A program made the position numbers and the translations under genes. Shown one piece after another: positions 43,659 to 52,446 of a DNA stretch of 64,000 nucleotides. Position 1 is the first letter of the stretch. Each line of letters starts with the position of its first letter. Origin of the DNA: Prochlorococcus sp. AG-409-D14 (GTDB taxonomy: Bacteria > Cyanobacteriota > Cyanobacteriia > PCC-6307 > Cyanobiaceae); contig QCJR01000004.1 of NCBI GenBank assembly GCA_003215895.1, positions 9,456 through 73,455 of the forward strand. The letters run 5' to 3'. Below the pieces are notes generated by a model, which was not told the origin of the DNA, did no database searches, and saw only the letters and a program-made list of their open reading frames with translations.

Positions 43659-44435
43659 TCAAGAATTATCCATTGACTTTTTCATCTCTTCGAATTCAAC
43701 TTCAACTTCTTGGATTTCTACTGTCTTTACTTCATTGATATCTACATAAGATGGAGGCAACGCTATCGACTCAACCCCTTCTTTCAATTGACTCCTCAAT
43801 TCCTCTAACTCTTTCTCTATATCATCACCTCCTTCTAATGCTTCGAACTTACTTTCTAAATCTTCTCCAGCCAACTCTAATGCTGCTTGTCCAGAAGCTT
43901 CCAATGCCTCAACTTTATCTTCCATTCGTTCAAAAGCAGCCATAGCAGACTTACTACCTAAATCACCAACTGCGCTTTGAATTTGCTGCTGAGCTTTAGC
44001 TGCCTGAGCTCTTGCTTTTAACATATCTTTTTTAGTTCGGGCCTCGGAGATTTTTCTCTCTAGTAATAAAAGACTTTTCTTTAGTTTTTCAACTTGACCA
44101 TTTTGAGTTTGACATTGAGTCGATAAAGATTCAAAAGTTTCTTGAAAAGTTTTTTTTCTACTCAATGCTTCTCTAGCCAGTTCATCCTCACCTTTTTTTA
44201 AGGCTAATTCAGCTCTAGAGAACCAATTTTTAATTTGCTTTTTTGATTGATTTGCCTGATTCTCAAGTCTTTTTTGGCTTGCAATGGCCATAGCAACTGC
44301 TTGACGAAGTTTTACCAAGTCTTCTTGCATATCAGCAACAGACTGATCAAGTATTTTGATTGGATCTTCAGCATCACTAACAAGAGCATTTAAATTTGCC
44401 CTTAGCAAGCGACTTAACCTATCAAATAATCCCAT
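43659..44435 (-). CDS. PspA/IM30 family protein (Vipp1)
   Basis: MGLFDRL.R...AN.N...EDP, LAREAL, AFERMEDKV, LE..F..LE; C-terminal extra helix; start ATG 44435. Confidence 0.92.
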   Translation of the reverse strand: MGLFDRLSRLLRANLNALVSDAEDPIKILDQSVADMQEDLVKLRQAVAMAIASQKRLENQANQSKKQIKNWFSRAELALKKGEDELAREALSRKKTFQETFESLSTQCQTQNGQVEKLKKSLLLLERKISEARTKKDMLKARAQAAKAQQQIQSAVGDLGSKSAMAAFERMEDKVEALEASGQAALELAGEDLESKFEALEGGDDIEKELEELRSQLKEGVESIALPPSYVDINEVKTVEIQEVEVEFEEMKKSMDNS

Positions 44436-44509
44436 TAAGATCTTTTTATGCAATCTTAAAAATATTAGCTAGATTTAAGCACTAACTCATCAATGGTGTC
44501 TAATTACAA

Positions 44510-44992
44510 TTGATTTTAGAAGACTTAAAGCATAAAACAAAAGCAAAAAGAGAGCAGTCAATATACACATGCTTAGAGGAAATCAAGTCTTCATGGCAAG
44601 GGAATGTAGGAGGCCTTATTCAAGATTGGAAGGAAATAGCTGGGGTACAACTCTCATTGAATTGCACACCACTTAACATTCAAAATAAGGTTTTAACGAT
44701 TGGAGCCAGCCATCCGCAGTGGAGACAAGCACTTCAATACAACCGTTTAAAGTTAATAGAATCCTTAAAATCATATGGATACCAAATAAAAGAAATACGT
44801 ATAAGGCAACATTATCCAAATAATTTAGTCACTAGAGAAAGTGAAAAAGAAATATGGGAAAAGCATCCAAGTAGAACTGATAAGAATGGGATCATAGATT
44901 GTCCTTTTTGCAAAGTACCTTCTCCTAAAGGAGAAGTTAAACTATGGGGTAAATGTAGTTTTTGCAGAAGAAAAGAATTGAGAATAGATTGA
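44510..44992 (+). CDS. DUF721/DciA-family protein with C-terminal Zn ribbon
   Basis: W.EIAG..L...C.P......L.I......W..AL DUF721 pattern; CPFC...CSFC. Confidence 0.75.
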   Translation: MILEDLKHKTKAKREQSIYTCLEEIKSSWQGNVGGLIQDWKEIAGVQLSLNCTPLNIQNKVLTIGASHPQWRQALQYNRLKLIESLKSYGYQIKEIRIRQHYPNNLVTRESEKEIWEKHPSRTDKNGIIDCPFCKVPSPKGEVKLWGKCSFCRRKELRID

Positions 44993-45003
44993 ACTATTTC
45001 ACT

Positions 45004-45702
45004 TTAGGCTTCAAGTAATAAAACCCCCATTTGTCCCATTGCTAATGTTCGATATTTTGCTTTTTTAAAGCCCGCAGAAAGTGCTAAATGAATTTGTTTT
45101 TCGCCAGAAGGAAAATTAATCAAACTTTTTTTTATATATGAATATTCTTTTCCCAAACCAAAAAGAGATGAAATTGGAACAACATAAAGACTTAGATAAA
45201 TTTTTTGAAATAGCCCTTGAATGGAAGGTTCTTGAAAAGATCTAAAATCTAAGATTCCAGCTCTTCCTCCTGGTTTTAAAATTCTAAAAGCCTCTCTAAG
45301 GCCTGCATAAGGACTGGCAAGATTCCTTAATCCATAGGCCATCAAAAAGCCGTCAAATTGATTTGAGGCGAGATTTGTTTCAATAACATCACCATTTATC
45401 CATTTAATTGAAGAATAGTTTTGTTTAGATCTTTCTTTCGCAACTAATAATGCTTGAGCAGCTGAATCTATCCCGATAATATTTTGAGAACTCTTCATAT
45501 ATCTAGCCAAAAGTATTGACATATCTCCTGTTCCACAACAAAGATCTATCCACCTCTCTCCAAAACTAGGATTAAGAATATCCAATAGTCTTCTCTTCCA
45601 AAACCTATGTAATCCGAAGCTAAAAACATCATTTAATAAATCATAGTTTGAAGAAATTGAATTAAACATTTCCTCTATATCTTTTGCATTACCTAGCCTC
45701 AT
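45004..45702 (-). CDS. menG: UbiE/MenG-family quinone methyltransferase
   Basis: F..I...YD.LND..S.GLHR.WK, DLCCGTGD, YGLRN, RILKPGG. Confidence 0.88.
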   Translation of the reverse strand: MRLGNAKDIEEMFNSISSNYDLLNDVFSFGLHRFWKRRLLDILNPSFGERWIDLCCGTGDMSILLARYMKSSQNIIGIDSAAQALLVAKERSKQNYSSIKWINGDVIETNLASNQFDGFLMAYGLRNLASPYAGLREAFRILKPGGRAGILDFRSFQEPSIQGLFQKIYLSLYVVPISSLFGLGKEYSYIKKSLINFPSGEKQIHLALSAGFKKAKYRTLAMGQMGVLLLEA

Positions 45703-45783
45703 ATAAATAAATAAACATAATTAAATCTTTTAAAAACTATAGCGCGAAAAACATTTATTTTACTTACTTTGATGAAAAAATTT

Positions 45784-46554
45784 TCATACAATTGGTCTTA
45801 TAGTTAGATTTTCTTTAATTAAATATTCTTTTATTTCTCTAATAGTCAATTGCCCATCATGTAACAAGGAAGCTAATAGAGCAGCTGAAGATCTCCCAAG
45901 AGTAAAAGCCTCTTTGATGTGTCTTAAACAACCTGCCCCTCCTGAAGCTATTACAGGTATTGGCACCCTTTCAGCAATAGATTTAGTCAGTTCAATATCA
46001 TACCCATTTTGCGTTCCGTCACCGTCCATAGAAGTTAAAAGAATTTCGCCTGCGCCCAGCTCAAATACTTTTTCTGCCCATTCTATTGCGTCCAAACCTG
46101 TGTTTTTTCGTCCTCCACTTACATAAACGTCCCATTTATTAGGAATGTTTTTGTTCTTTTTTGCATCTATTGCAACGACAATACATTGAGATCCAAAACG
46201 ATTAGCTCCCTTTGAAATCAAAGCAGGGTCTTTAACAGCACTAGAATTTAAACTTACTTTGTCAGCGCCTGCTCGTAACAATTCATTTATTCCATTAATA
46301 GAACTTATTCCACCTCCAACAGTAAAAGGAATGGTTACCACCTCGGATGTCCGTCTAACCATATCAACCAAAGTAGATCTTTTCTCGTGAGTGGCTGTTA
46401 TGTCAAGAAAGACCAATTCATCAGCTCCAGCCTTGCTGTATCTGCATCCCAACTCAACTGGATCTCCTGCATCACGCAATCCAACAAAGTTAACGCCCTT
46501 CACTACTCTTCCGTTTGAAACATCAAGACAAGGGATCAATCTTAAAGCAACCAT
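45784..46554 (-). CDS. hisF: Imidazole glycerol phosphate synthase cyclase subunit
   Basis: [44 protein letters not shown]. Confidence 0.97.
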   Translation of the reverse strand: MVALRLIPCLDVSNGRVVKGVNFVGLRDAGDPVELGCRYSKAGADELVFLDITATHEKRSTLVDMVRRTSEVVTIPFTVGGGISSINGINELLRAGADKVSLNSSAVKDPALISKGANRFGSQCIVVAIDAKKNKNIPNKWDVYVSGGRKNTGLDAIEWAEKVFELGAGEILLTSMDGDGTQNGYDIELTKSIAERVPIPVIASGGAGCLRHIKEAFTLGRSSAALLASLLHDGQLTIREIKEYLIKENLTIRPIV

Positions 46555-46608
46555 GTTTTTTAAACAGAGGAACTGTTAAGGTTGCCCAGACTTAAGCATT
46601 TTGATGCC

Positions 46609-46827
46609 ATGGCCAAGCAAGCCTCTCTAGCTAGGATAGGATCAAAAATCAGAATCAATATTGAACGAGTTCGTGATCGCATACCTTCTGATTTAATTGA
46701 GCAACTTTCAGAAGATCCAAGAGGCACTGTTATTGATTACAAAATGACTGATGGGAGAGGAATTGGTTTGGTGCTTAAAATGAAAAATGGCAGCCAAAAT
46801 TGGTTCTTCGAAGATGAAGTTTCTTAA
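46609..46827 (+). CDS. petP: Cytochrome b6f-associated PetP (DUF2862)
   Basis: IG.K..I..VRDR, DYKMTDG.GIG, WFF..E; start ATG 46609. Confidence 0.8.
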   Translation: MAKQASLARIGSKIRINIERVRDRIPSDLIEQLSEDPRGTVIDYKMTDGRGIGLVLKMKNGSQNWFFEDEVS

Positions 46828-46842
46828 CCTTGAGATTACAAA

Positions 46843-47799
46843 GTGAGTGACACTAGGCAACTCCTTGGAATAAAAGGAGGTTCTGAAACAAAAAACATTT
46901 GGAAGCTTCGTTTGCAATTAATGAAGCCGATCACGTGGATTCCTTTGTTATGGGGAGTCATATGTGGCGCAGCTGCTAGTGGCAATTACCATTGGGAGTT
47001 GAGCAATGTACTTGCTTCGATAAGTTGCATGTTTATGAGCGGGCCACTCTTAACTGGGTACACCCAAACAATAAATGATTACTTTGATAGAGAAATAGAC
47101 GCAATAAATGAACCCAATAGGCCAATACCCTCCGGGGCTATTTCCCTTTTTCAAGTTAAATGTCAAATCTGGGTTCTATTAATAGCTGGTCTTGGAGTTG
47201 CTTATTTATTGGATTTATGGGCACATCACACAATTCCTTCCGTACTTCTGCTGGCATTAGGAGGTTCATTCGTAAGCTTTATATACTCAGCGCCACCCTT
47301 AAAACTTAAACAGAATGGTTGGCTTGGAAATTATGCACTTGGCGCAAGCTACATAGCTCTTCCCTGGTGGGCTGGGCAGGCCCTTTTTGGTCATTTAACT
47401 TGGGCTACTGCACTACTGACTCTCGCATACAGCTTGTCAGGTTTAGGAATTGCTGTGATCAACGATTTTAAAAGCGTGGAAGGGGACAGAAGCCTTGGAC
47501 TTGAATCACTACCGGTAGTTTTTGGTATTAAGAATGCTAGTCGTATTAGCGCAGGAATGATAAATATTTTTCAGTTATTAATGGTAATCGTTTTAATAGC
47601 CATAGGACAACATCTTGCATCTGTAATTTTAGTTTTGCTCATAATTCCTCAAATAACATTTCAAGACATCTGGCTATTACGAGATCCATTAAGTTTTGAT
47701 GTTAAATACCAAGCCAGCGCACAACCATTTCTAATTTTAGGAATGCTTGTAACAGCAATCGCAATTGGTCACAGCTCTTTAATTGGTTTATATCATTAG
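46843..47799 (+). CDS. chlG: Chlorophyll synthase
   Basis: RQLLG.KG, RLQLMKP.TWIP, QTIND..DREIDAINEP.RPIPSG, NDFKS.EGD. Confidence 0.97.
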   Translation: MSDTRQLLGIKGGSETKNIWKLRLQLMKPITWIPLLWGVICGAAASGNYHWELSNVLASISCMFMSGPLLTGYTQTINDYFDREIDAINEPNRPIPSGAISLFQVKCQIWVLLIAGLGVAYLLDLWAHHTIPSVLLLALGGSFVSFIYSAPPLKLKQNGWLGNYALGASYIALPWWAGQALFGHLTWATALLTLAYSLSGLGIAVINDFKSVEGDRSLGLESLPVVFGIKNASRISAGMINIFQLLMVIVLIAIGQHLASVILVLLIIPQITFQDIWLLRDPLSFDVKYQASAQPFLILGMLVTAIAIGHSSLIGLYH

Positions 47800-47855
47800 T
47801 TAGAGATTCATATTAAATCCATAACTGTCTCAGAATAACTTTACAAAAATTTTAA

Positions 47856-49199
47856 TTAATTTTTCAATTTATTTAAAACTGCAATATAAAAACCATCTCC
47901 ATTTTCTTTTTCACCAGGCCAAATTTGTTTTTCTCGTTCTAATAAAAATTCAGACTTTAATTGAAGAAAGTTTTTTATTTGATTACTGTTTTCATCAGGA
48001 TGAATAGTACAAGTCGAATATACTAATTTACCCCCACTTTTTAACAAAGGAGCTAATGAATTGAGCAGCTGACTTTGAATTCCAACAAGCTCCTTGATAT
48101 TATCATTATTAATTCGCCATCTTGCATCAGGGTGGCGAGCAAGAGTACCCAAGCCAGAACAGGGAGCATCAATAAGTATGCGATCAAAGAAATCTTTCCA
48201 TTCGGGATATTTAATTAATAAGTCATTAGAATCAGCAACCAATAGTTGTAAACATGTAGTACCAAGCCTCTCTGAGTTAGCTAATATTTTTTGAGCTCTT
48301 CTGGATGATCGATCAACTGACCAAATTTTGCCCTTATTATTGATTAATTCGGCAATATGTGTTGATTTACCGCCGGGTGCGGCACAAGCATCAAGAATTT
48401 TTTCTCCTGGCAAAGGTCCTAATGATGGAGCAATTAGCTGTGAAGATCTATCTTGAACGCACCATTTACCTTCATCGTAACCTGGCCATTTCCTAGGTTC
48501 ACCGACACCGGCTCGAACTTCCAATCCGTAAGGGCAGTTTGGAATTAATTGATTTTGAATACCGCAGGAATCAAAAATTTCTTTCACATCTTTTACTTCT
48601 GCACGTAATTTATTCACTCTTATATCAATCGGACTAATGCTATTGAATGATTTAGCAATCTTATTTGCATCTTCGACGCCCTTCCAAGCAATCAATTCAT
48701 CTGCGAGCCAAAGAGGTAGAGACTCGTTTTTTGCTAATTCTAAACTCGGATTATTTGAATTGGGCAATAGATGACCTCCCTCTTTACCTCTAAGAGCAGA
48801 TCGCAAGATTCCATTAACAACAGGGGCAAGTTTTTTTAAATGATAAGTTTTGGCAAGCTCGACAGTTGTGTTAATTGCAGCACCTGGAGGTATTCGCTTC
48901 ATTTTAAAAATCTGATAAAGCCCAAGATGCAAAAGCCATCTCAACAAAGGAGGTTGTTTTTTTGCCGGTACTTTCCCTAAATAATCAATCCAACAATCTA
49001 AAAAATATCTTTGGCGAATTGCACCATAAGAAAGTTCAGTTACCAAAGCTTTATCTATAGACTTAAAGGAATAAAGCTTTAAAATCCTTTCCAAAGCAAC
49101 ATCTGCAAATGCTCCAGCACCTACTGCTTTGATAACCTCCAAAGCAGCTTTTCTTGCATCTAAGCCTTTTGTGGAAGAAAGATTTTTACTCAAAAGCAA
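47856..49199 (-). CDS. rsmB: 16S rRNA (cytosine967-C5)-methyltransferase (Sun/RsmB) with NusB-like N-terminal domain
   Basis: VNG.LR, VQD.SSQ, DACAAPGGKS, IDAPCSG.G, VYSTCT. Confidence 0.93.
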   Translation of the reverse strand: MLLSKNLSSTKGLDARKAALEVIKAVGAGAFADVALERILKLYSFKSIDKALVTELSYGAIRQRYFLDCWIDYLGKVPAKKQPPLLRWLLHLGLYQIFKMKRIPPGAAINTTVELAKTYHLKKLAPVVNGILRSALRGKEGGHLLPNSNNPSLELAKNESLPLWLADELIAWKGVEDANKIAKSFNSISPIDIRVNKLRAEVKDVKEIFDSCGIQNQLIPNCPYGLEVRAGVGEPRKWPGYDEGKWCVQDRSSQLIAPSLGPLPGEKILDACAAPGGKSTHIAELINNKGKIWSVDRSSRRAQKILANSERLGTTCLQLLVADSNDLLIKYPEWKDFFDRILIDAPCSGLGTLARHPDARWRINNDNIKELVGIQSQLLNSLAPLLKSGGKLVYSTCTIHPDENSNQIKNFLQLKSEFLLEREKQIWPGEKENGDGFYIAVLNKLKN

Positions 49200-49320
49200 T
49201 CATTTTAAAACTTGGTTCACATTAAAAGGTTTGTATACAATCATATCTCGAATCCCCTAAAAAGTCTTTTACTGCAATGACTTTCAAAGGGATAGTCATG
49301 ACTGGGACAACTCATAAGGT

Positions 49321-49363
49321 GTAACATAAGATACTTTTGGCCACGTCATTAGAAAGTTATATT
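49321..49363 (+). promoter_or_regulatory. NtcA-activated (class II) promoter of the porin gene
   Basis: (T)GTA-ACATAAGA-TAC at 49321-49334 followed 23 nt later by a TAN3T -10 box (TATATT, 49358-49363). Confidence 0.7.
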
Positions 49364-49381
49364 TGATACAACTTCTTTAAT

Positions 49382-49390
49382 GTGTGAGGA
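49382..49390 (+). promoter_or_regulatory. RBS / putative Yfr1 sRNA seed-pairing site
   Basis: GTGTGAGGA ends 4 nt before ATG 49395 and is the reverse complement of 9 nt of the conserved Yfr1 motif ACUCCUCACAC. Confidence 0.65.
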
Positions 49391-49394
49391 CACT

Positions 49395-50408
49395 ATGAAG
49401 CTTTTTCAACGTTTATTAGTAGCTCCTGCAGCTTTGGGCCTTATGGCTCCAGTTGCAGCTAATGCAGATGCTGCATTTACATCAACTACAACTCTTTCTG
49501 GTAGTGCTGTTTTTACTGTTGGTTCTGTTGCCGATGGTGGAACAACTGACAAGGAAGAAGAGCTTTATATGCAGTATGCATATGGCCTTGACATAAACAC
49601 TAGTTTTACTGGCGAAGACCTATTCACAGCTGGAATCATCACTGGTAATGCTAGTGGTCCTTTAGCTAGCATGGATAGTGCTGAAACAGGTGGTGGAACA
49701 CTTTCAGTTTCATCTCTTTATTATGCATTCCCAATTGGTGATCTATCAGTAACTGCTGGTCCTTTGGTTGATCAGGATGATGTTGTTGCTGCAACAACTT
49801 CTGCTTATTCAGATGCTTTCAGACTAGGCAGCATGCCTTACTCTTTAGCTGGTGACGAAACTGGTCCTGGAGTTGGTGTTGCTTACTCTAATGATAATGG
49901 TGTAGTTGCTTCTGCTAGCTTCGTTTCTGTTGGTGGTACTGATGCAACAGTTGGTATCGGTGGCGACAATGGTGACGACGTAACAACAGTAACTCTTGGT
50001 TATAACGGCGACGGATTTGGCGGTGGTCTTGTGATCGCTTCAAACGACGGCGAAGCTGGAACAACTGGTTACGACACATTTGGCGGTGGTATCTACTACA
50101 GCCCTGAGTCAATCCCAGCAACTATCAGCGTTGCATACGATACAAAGGATCCAGAAGGAACAGCTGCAGACGAAACTGACCTCTTCGTTGGTATCGACTA
50201 TGAAGTTGGCCCTGGAACATTAAGTGCTGCTTACAATTCAACTGATGTTGATGGTAGTGACTCTTTGGATTCAACAGGATTTGAAGTTTCTTACACTTAT
50301 GCAGTGAACGACAGTGTTACAATCACTCCTGGTTTCTTCACAGTAGAAGATACAAGTACTGGTGATGACGACTCTGGTGTTGTTGTAGAAACAGTTTTTA
50401 GCTTCTAA
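49395..50408 (+). CDS. som: Outer-membrane porin (Som family, lacking the SLH domain)
   Basis: MKLFQRLLVAPAALGL..P.AANA signal typical of picocyanobacterial Som porins; F.STTTLSG barrel start; ITPG.F; C-terminal FSF; start moved to ATG 49395 behind GAGGA. Confidence 0.88.
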   Translation: MKLFQRLLVAPAALGLMAPVAANADAAFTSTTTLSGSAVFTVGSVADGGTTDKEEELYMQYAYGLDINTSFTGEDLFTAGIITGNASGPLASMDSAETGGGTLSVSSLYYAFPIGDLSVTAGPLVDQDDVVAATTSAYSDAFRLGSMPYSLAGDETGPGVGVAYSNDNGVVASASFVSVGGTDATVGIGGDNGDDVTTVTLGYNGDGFGGGLVIASNDGEAGTTGYDTFGGGIYYSPESIPATISVAYDTKDPEGTAADETDLFVGIDYEVGPGTLSAAYNSTDVDGSDSLDSTGFEVSYTYAVNDSVTITPGFFTVEDTSTGDDDSGVVVETVFSF

Positions 50409-50431
50409 GTTTAAATAGAAACCTAAAATCT

Positions 50432-50484
50432 ACACATAAAGAAAAAGCTCTTGTCCAGCGGACAGGAGCTTTTTCTTTATGTGT
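50432..50484 (+). terminator. Long rho-independent terminator hairpin (potentially bidirectional)
   Basis: ACACATAAAGAAAAAGCTCTTGTCC-AGC-GGACAGGAGCTTTTTCTTTATGTGT, 25-bp stem with one G-U pair, right after the porin. Confidence 0.85.
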
Positions 50485-50602
50485 TTTTCCATCAATTATA
50501 TTTATTAAAAAAAGTTATTTAATTTAGTTTTTCATAGTCAATTAAACTTAATTTCCTACTATCCTCATCAAACAGAGCCAACTGTTCTATAAGTCATTAG
50601 AA

Positions 50603-51292
50603 ATGCCTCTCCTTCCTAGACGTTTTGAACGCATAAAATCAGTCCTAAACCAGAGGTTTTCCGATCTAACGGTCTTAATTGAAAATGTTGAAAAGCCACA
50701 TAATCTCTCAGCGATAATTCGAAGTTGTGATGCAGTTGGTGTCCTTGAAGCCTATGCAATCTTCAACAAAGAGAAATGTTTGACATTTAATAGTACTGCT
50801 CAAGGAAGTCAAAAATGGGTCAAAATAAACCAATACAAAGAGACTAATGAGGCAATAAAAGTTCTTAAAGACAAAGGGTTTAAGTTGTATGGAACGAACT
50901 TGAATCCAAAATCAATTGACTATAGAAAATGCAATTTCAAGGGGGCGACAGCATTTGTGCTAGGTGCCGAAAAATGGGGTATCAGTGAAGAAGCCGCGAG
51001 TTTAATGGATGAGCATATTCATATTCCAATGAGAGGCATGGTTGAATCCTTGAATGTATCAGTTGCTGCATCGGCATTATTATTTGAAGCGCTAAGGCAA
51101 CGTCAAGTAGCCAATATAATTCCTAAATCTGGAGAAGGTATGAGCAAAGAAACATACAAAGAAACGATCTTCGAGTGGGCTTACCCCGAAGTTGCTAAAT
51201 GGTGCAAGAATGAGGGCAAAAAATATCCAGAACTTAATGAAAAAGGTGAAATCATAGATGATCTCCCAAGAACAAAAAAAATGAGATATTAA
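50603..51292 (+). CDS. trmH: tRNA (guanosine-18-2'-O)-methyltransferase
   Basis: KPHNLSAI.RSCDAVG, GSQKWV, LGAEK.G, IPM.GMVESLNVSVA SPOUT motifs. Confidence 0.92.
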   Translation: MPLLPRRFERIKSVLNQRFSDLTVLIENVEKPHNLSAIIRSCDAVGVLEAYAIFNKEKCLTFNSTAQGSQKWVKINQYKETNEAIKVLKDKGFKLYGTNLNPKSIDYRKCNFKGATAFVLGAEKWGISEEAASLMDEHIHIPMRGMVESLNVSVAASALLFEALRQRQVANIIPKSGEGMSKETYKETIFEWAYPEVAKWCKNEGKKYPELNEKGEIIDDLPRTKKMRY

Positions 51293-51313
51293 ATTCCAAA
51301 CCTAAAGTATGAT

Positions 51314-52171
51314 TTAATCCTGCATAGTATTTTCACTTATAAATTTCTCCAAGCCTTCTCCAATAAAAGATAGTCCCAGCACTAAAACGAACATAGCCAT
51401 GCCAGGATAGATAGCTGTCCACCAAATACCAGTAGGTAATGCAACTAAGGCCATATTTAAATCACTTCCCCATTCTGGAATATTCTCAGGAAGACCTAAG
51501 CCAAGAAAGCCCAACCCCCCAAGAACCAATACAGCATCTGCAGCATTAAGTGTTAACACCACAGGAACAGAGGTAAGAACATTTTTAAGAAGGTACTTTC
51601 TTATAACCCACAAAGGAGAAGCTCCCATTGAAATGGCTGCCTCTATATAAACTTCTGATTTAACCTGAGAAGTCTGGTTCCTAACAAGTCGAAAATATTG
51701 AGGTATATAAACGACACACAATGCTATTGAGGCATTTAATATACCTCTCCCCAATAAAAATGCCATCACCACAGAAAGAAGGAGGACAGGAATGGTATAA
51801 AGAGTGTCCATAAAAAGCACCAACACCCTATCCAAAAAACCACCAATGTAGCCACTTAAAAGGCCCAAAGGTATTCCCACTAAAACGGCAAGAGATACAG
51901 CCAAAAAAACGACTTGTAACGCAACTCCACTCGCAGCCAAAGTTCTGATACAAACATCTCTCCCTAATCGATCAGTTCCACACCAGTGATTCATGGACGG
52001 AGCTGAAAAAACCGGATTACCTAACCCAAATTCACCATTAGGTACAATCTTTAAAGCCATTAATAGTGGCATAAAAATAGAGATGCCTATGTATACGGAT
52101 AAAATTATCAACCCAGCGAATAATAATCGCGTTGACAAATTCTTTCGTCTTAAAAAATCTCTCAGATTCAA
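51314..52171 (-). CDS. Peptide/nickel ABC transporter permease (DppC-like)
   Basis: H.CGTD.LGRD, EAA..MGA, LGFLGLG.P...PEWG. Confidence 0.88.
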   Translation of the reverse strand: MNLRDFLRRKNLSTRLLFAGLIILSVYIGISIFMPLLMALKIVPNGEFGLGNPVFSAPSMNHWCGTDRLGRDVCIRTLAASGVALQVVFLAVSLAVLVGIPLGLLSGYIGGFLDRVLVLFMDTLYTIPVLLLSVVMAFLLGRGILNASIALCVVYIPQYFRLVRNQTSQVKSEVYIEAAISMGASPLWVIRKYLLKNVLTSVPVVLTLNAADAVLVLGGLGFLGLGLPENIPEWGSDLNMALVALPTGIWWTAIYPGMAMFVLVLGLSFIGEGLEKFISENTMQD

Positions 52172-52262
52172 TGATCAAATAATAAGACCTAATTAAATTT
52201 AGCTGTAAAAGGTAGAAATTAAAAAAATAATTGCTTAAATGAATGAATACATACAATTTAAG

Positions 52263-52430
52263 ATGCATTTAAAAAATTATGGTCTCACTGTAGGTGAACT
52301 CTCAATAACCATTGCAGCATTAATAATTATAGGTTTTATATGGACAAACCTAACCAAAGAGAAAGGGAATAAGGAAGTCTCAATGTTTATAAATAATTCA
52401 AGTGAGATAACCTATACAAAACAAACATAG
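52263..52430 (+). CDS. Small protein with prepilin-like (class III) signal
   Basis: MHLKNYG-LTVGELSITIAALIIIGFIW: short basic leader, Gly, Glu at +5, hydrophobic helix; ORF open from 52239. Confidence 0.55.
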   Translation: MHLKNYGLTVGELSITIAALIIIGFIWTNLTKEKGNKEVSMFINNSSEITYTKQT

Positions 52431-52446
52431 GTCATAAAAACATCTA

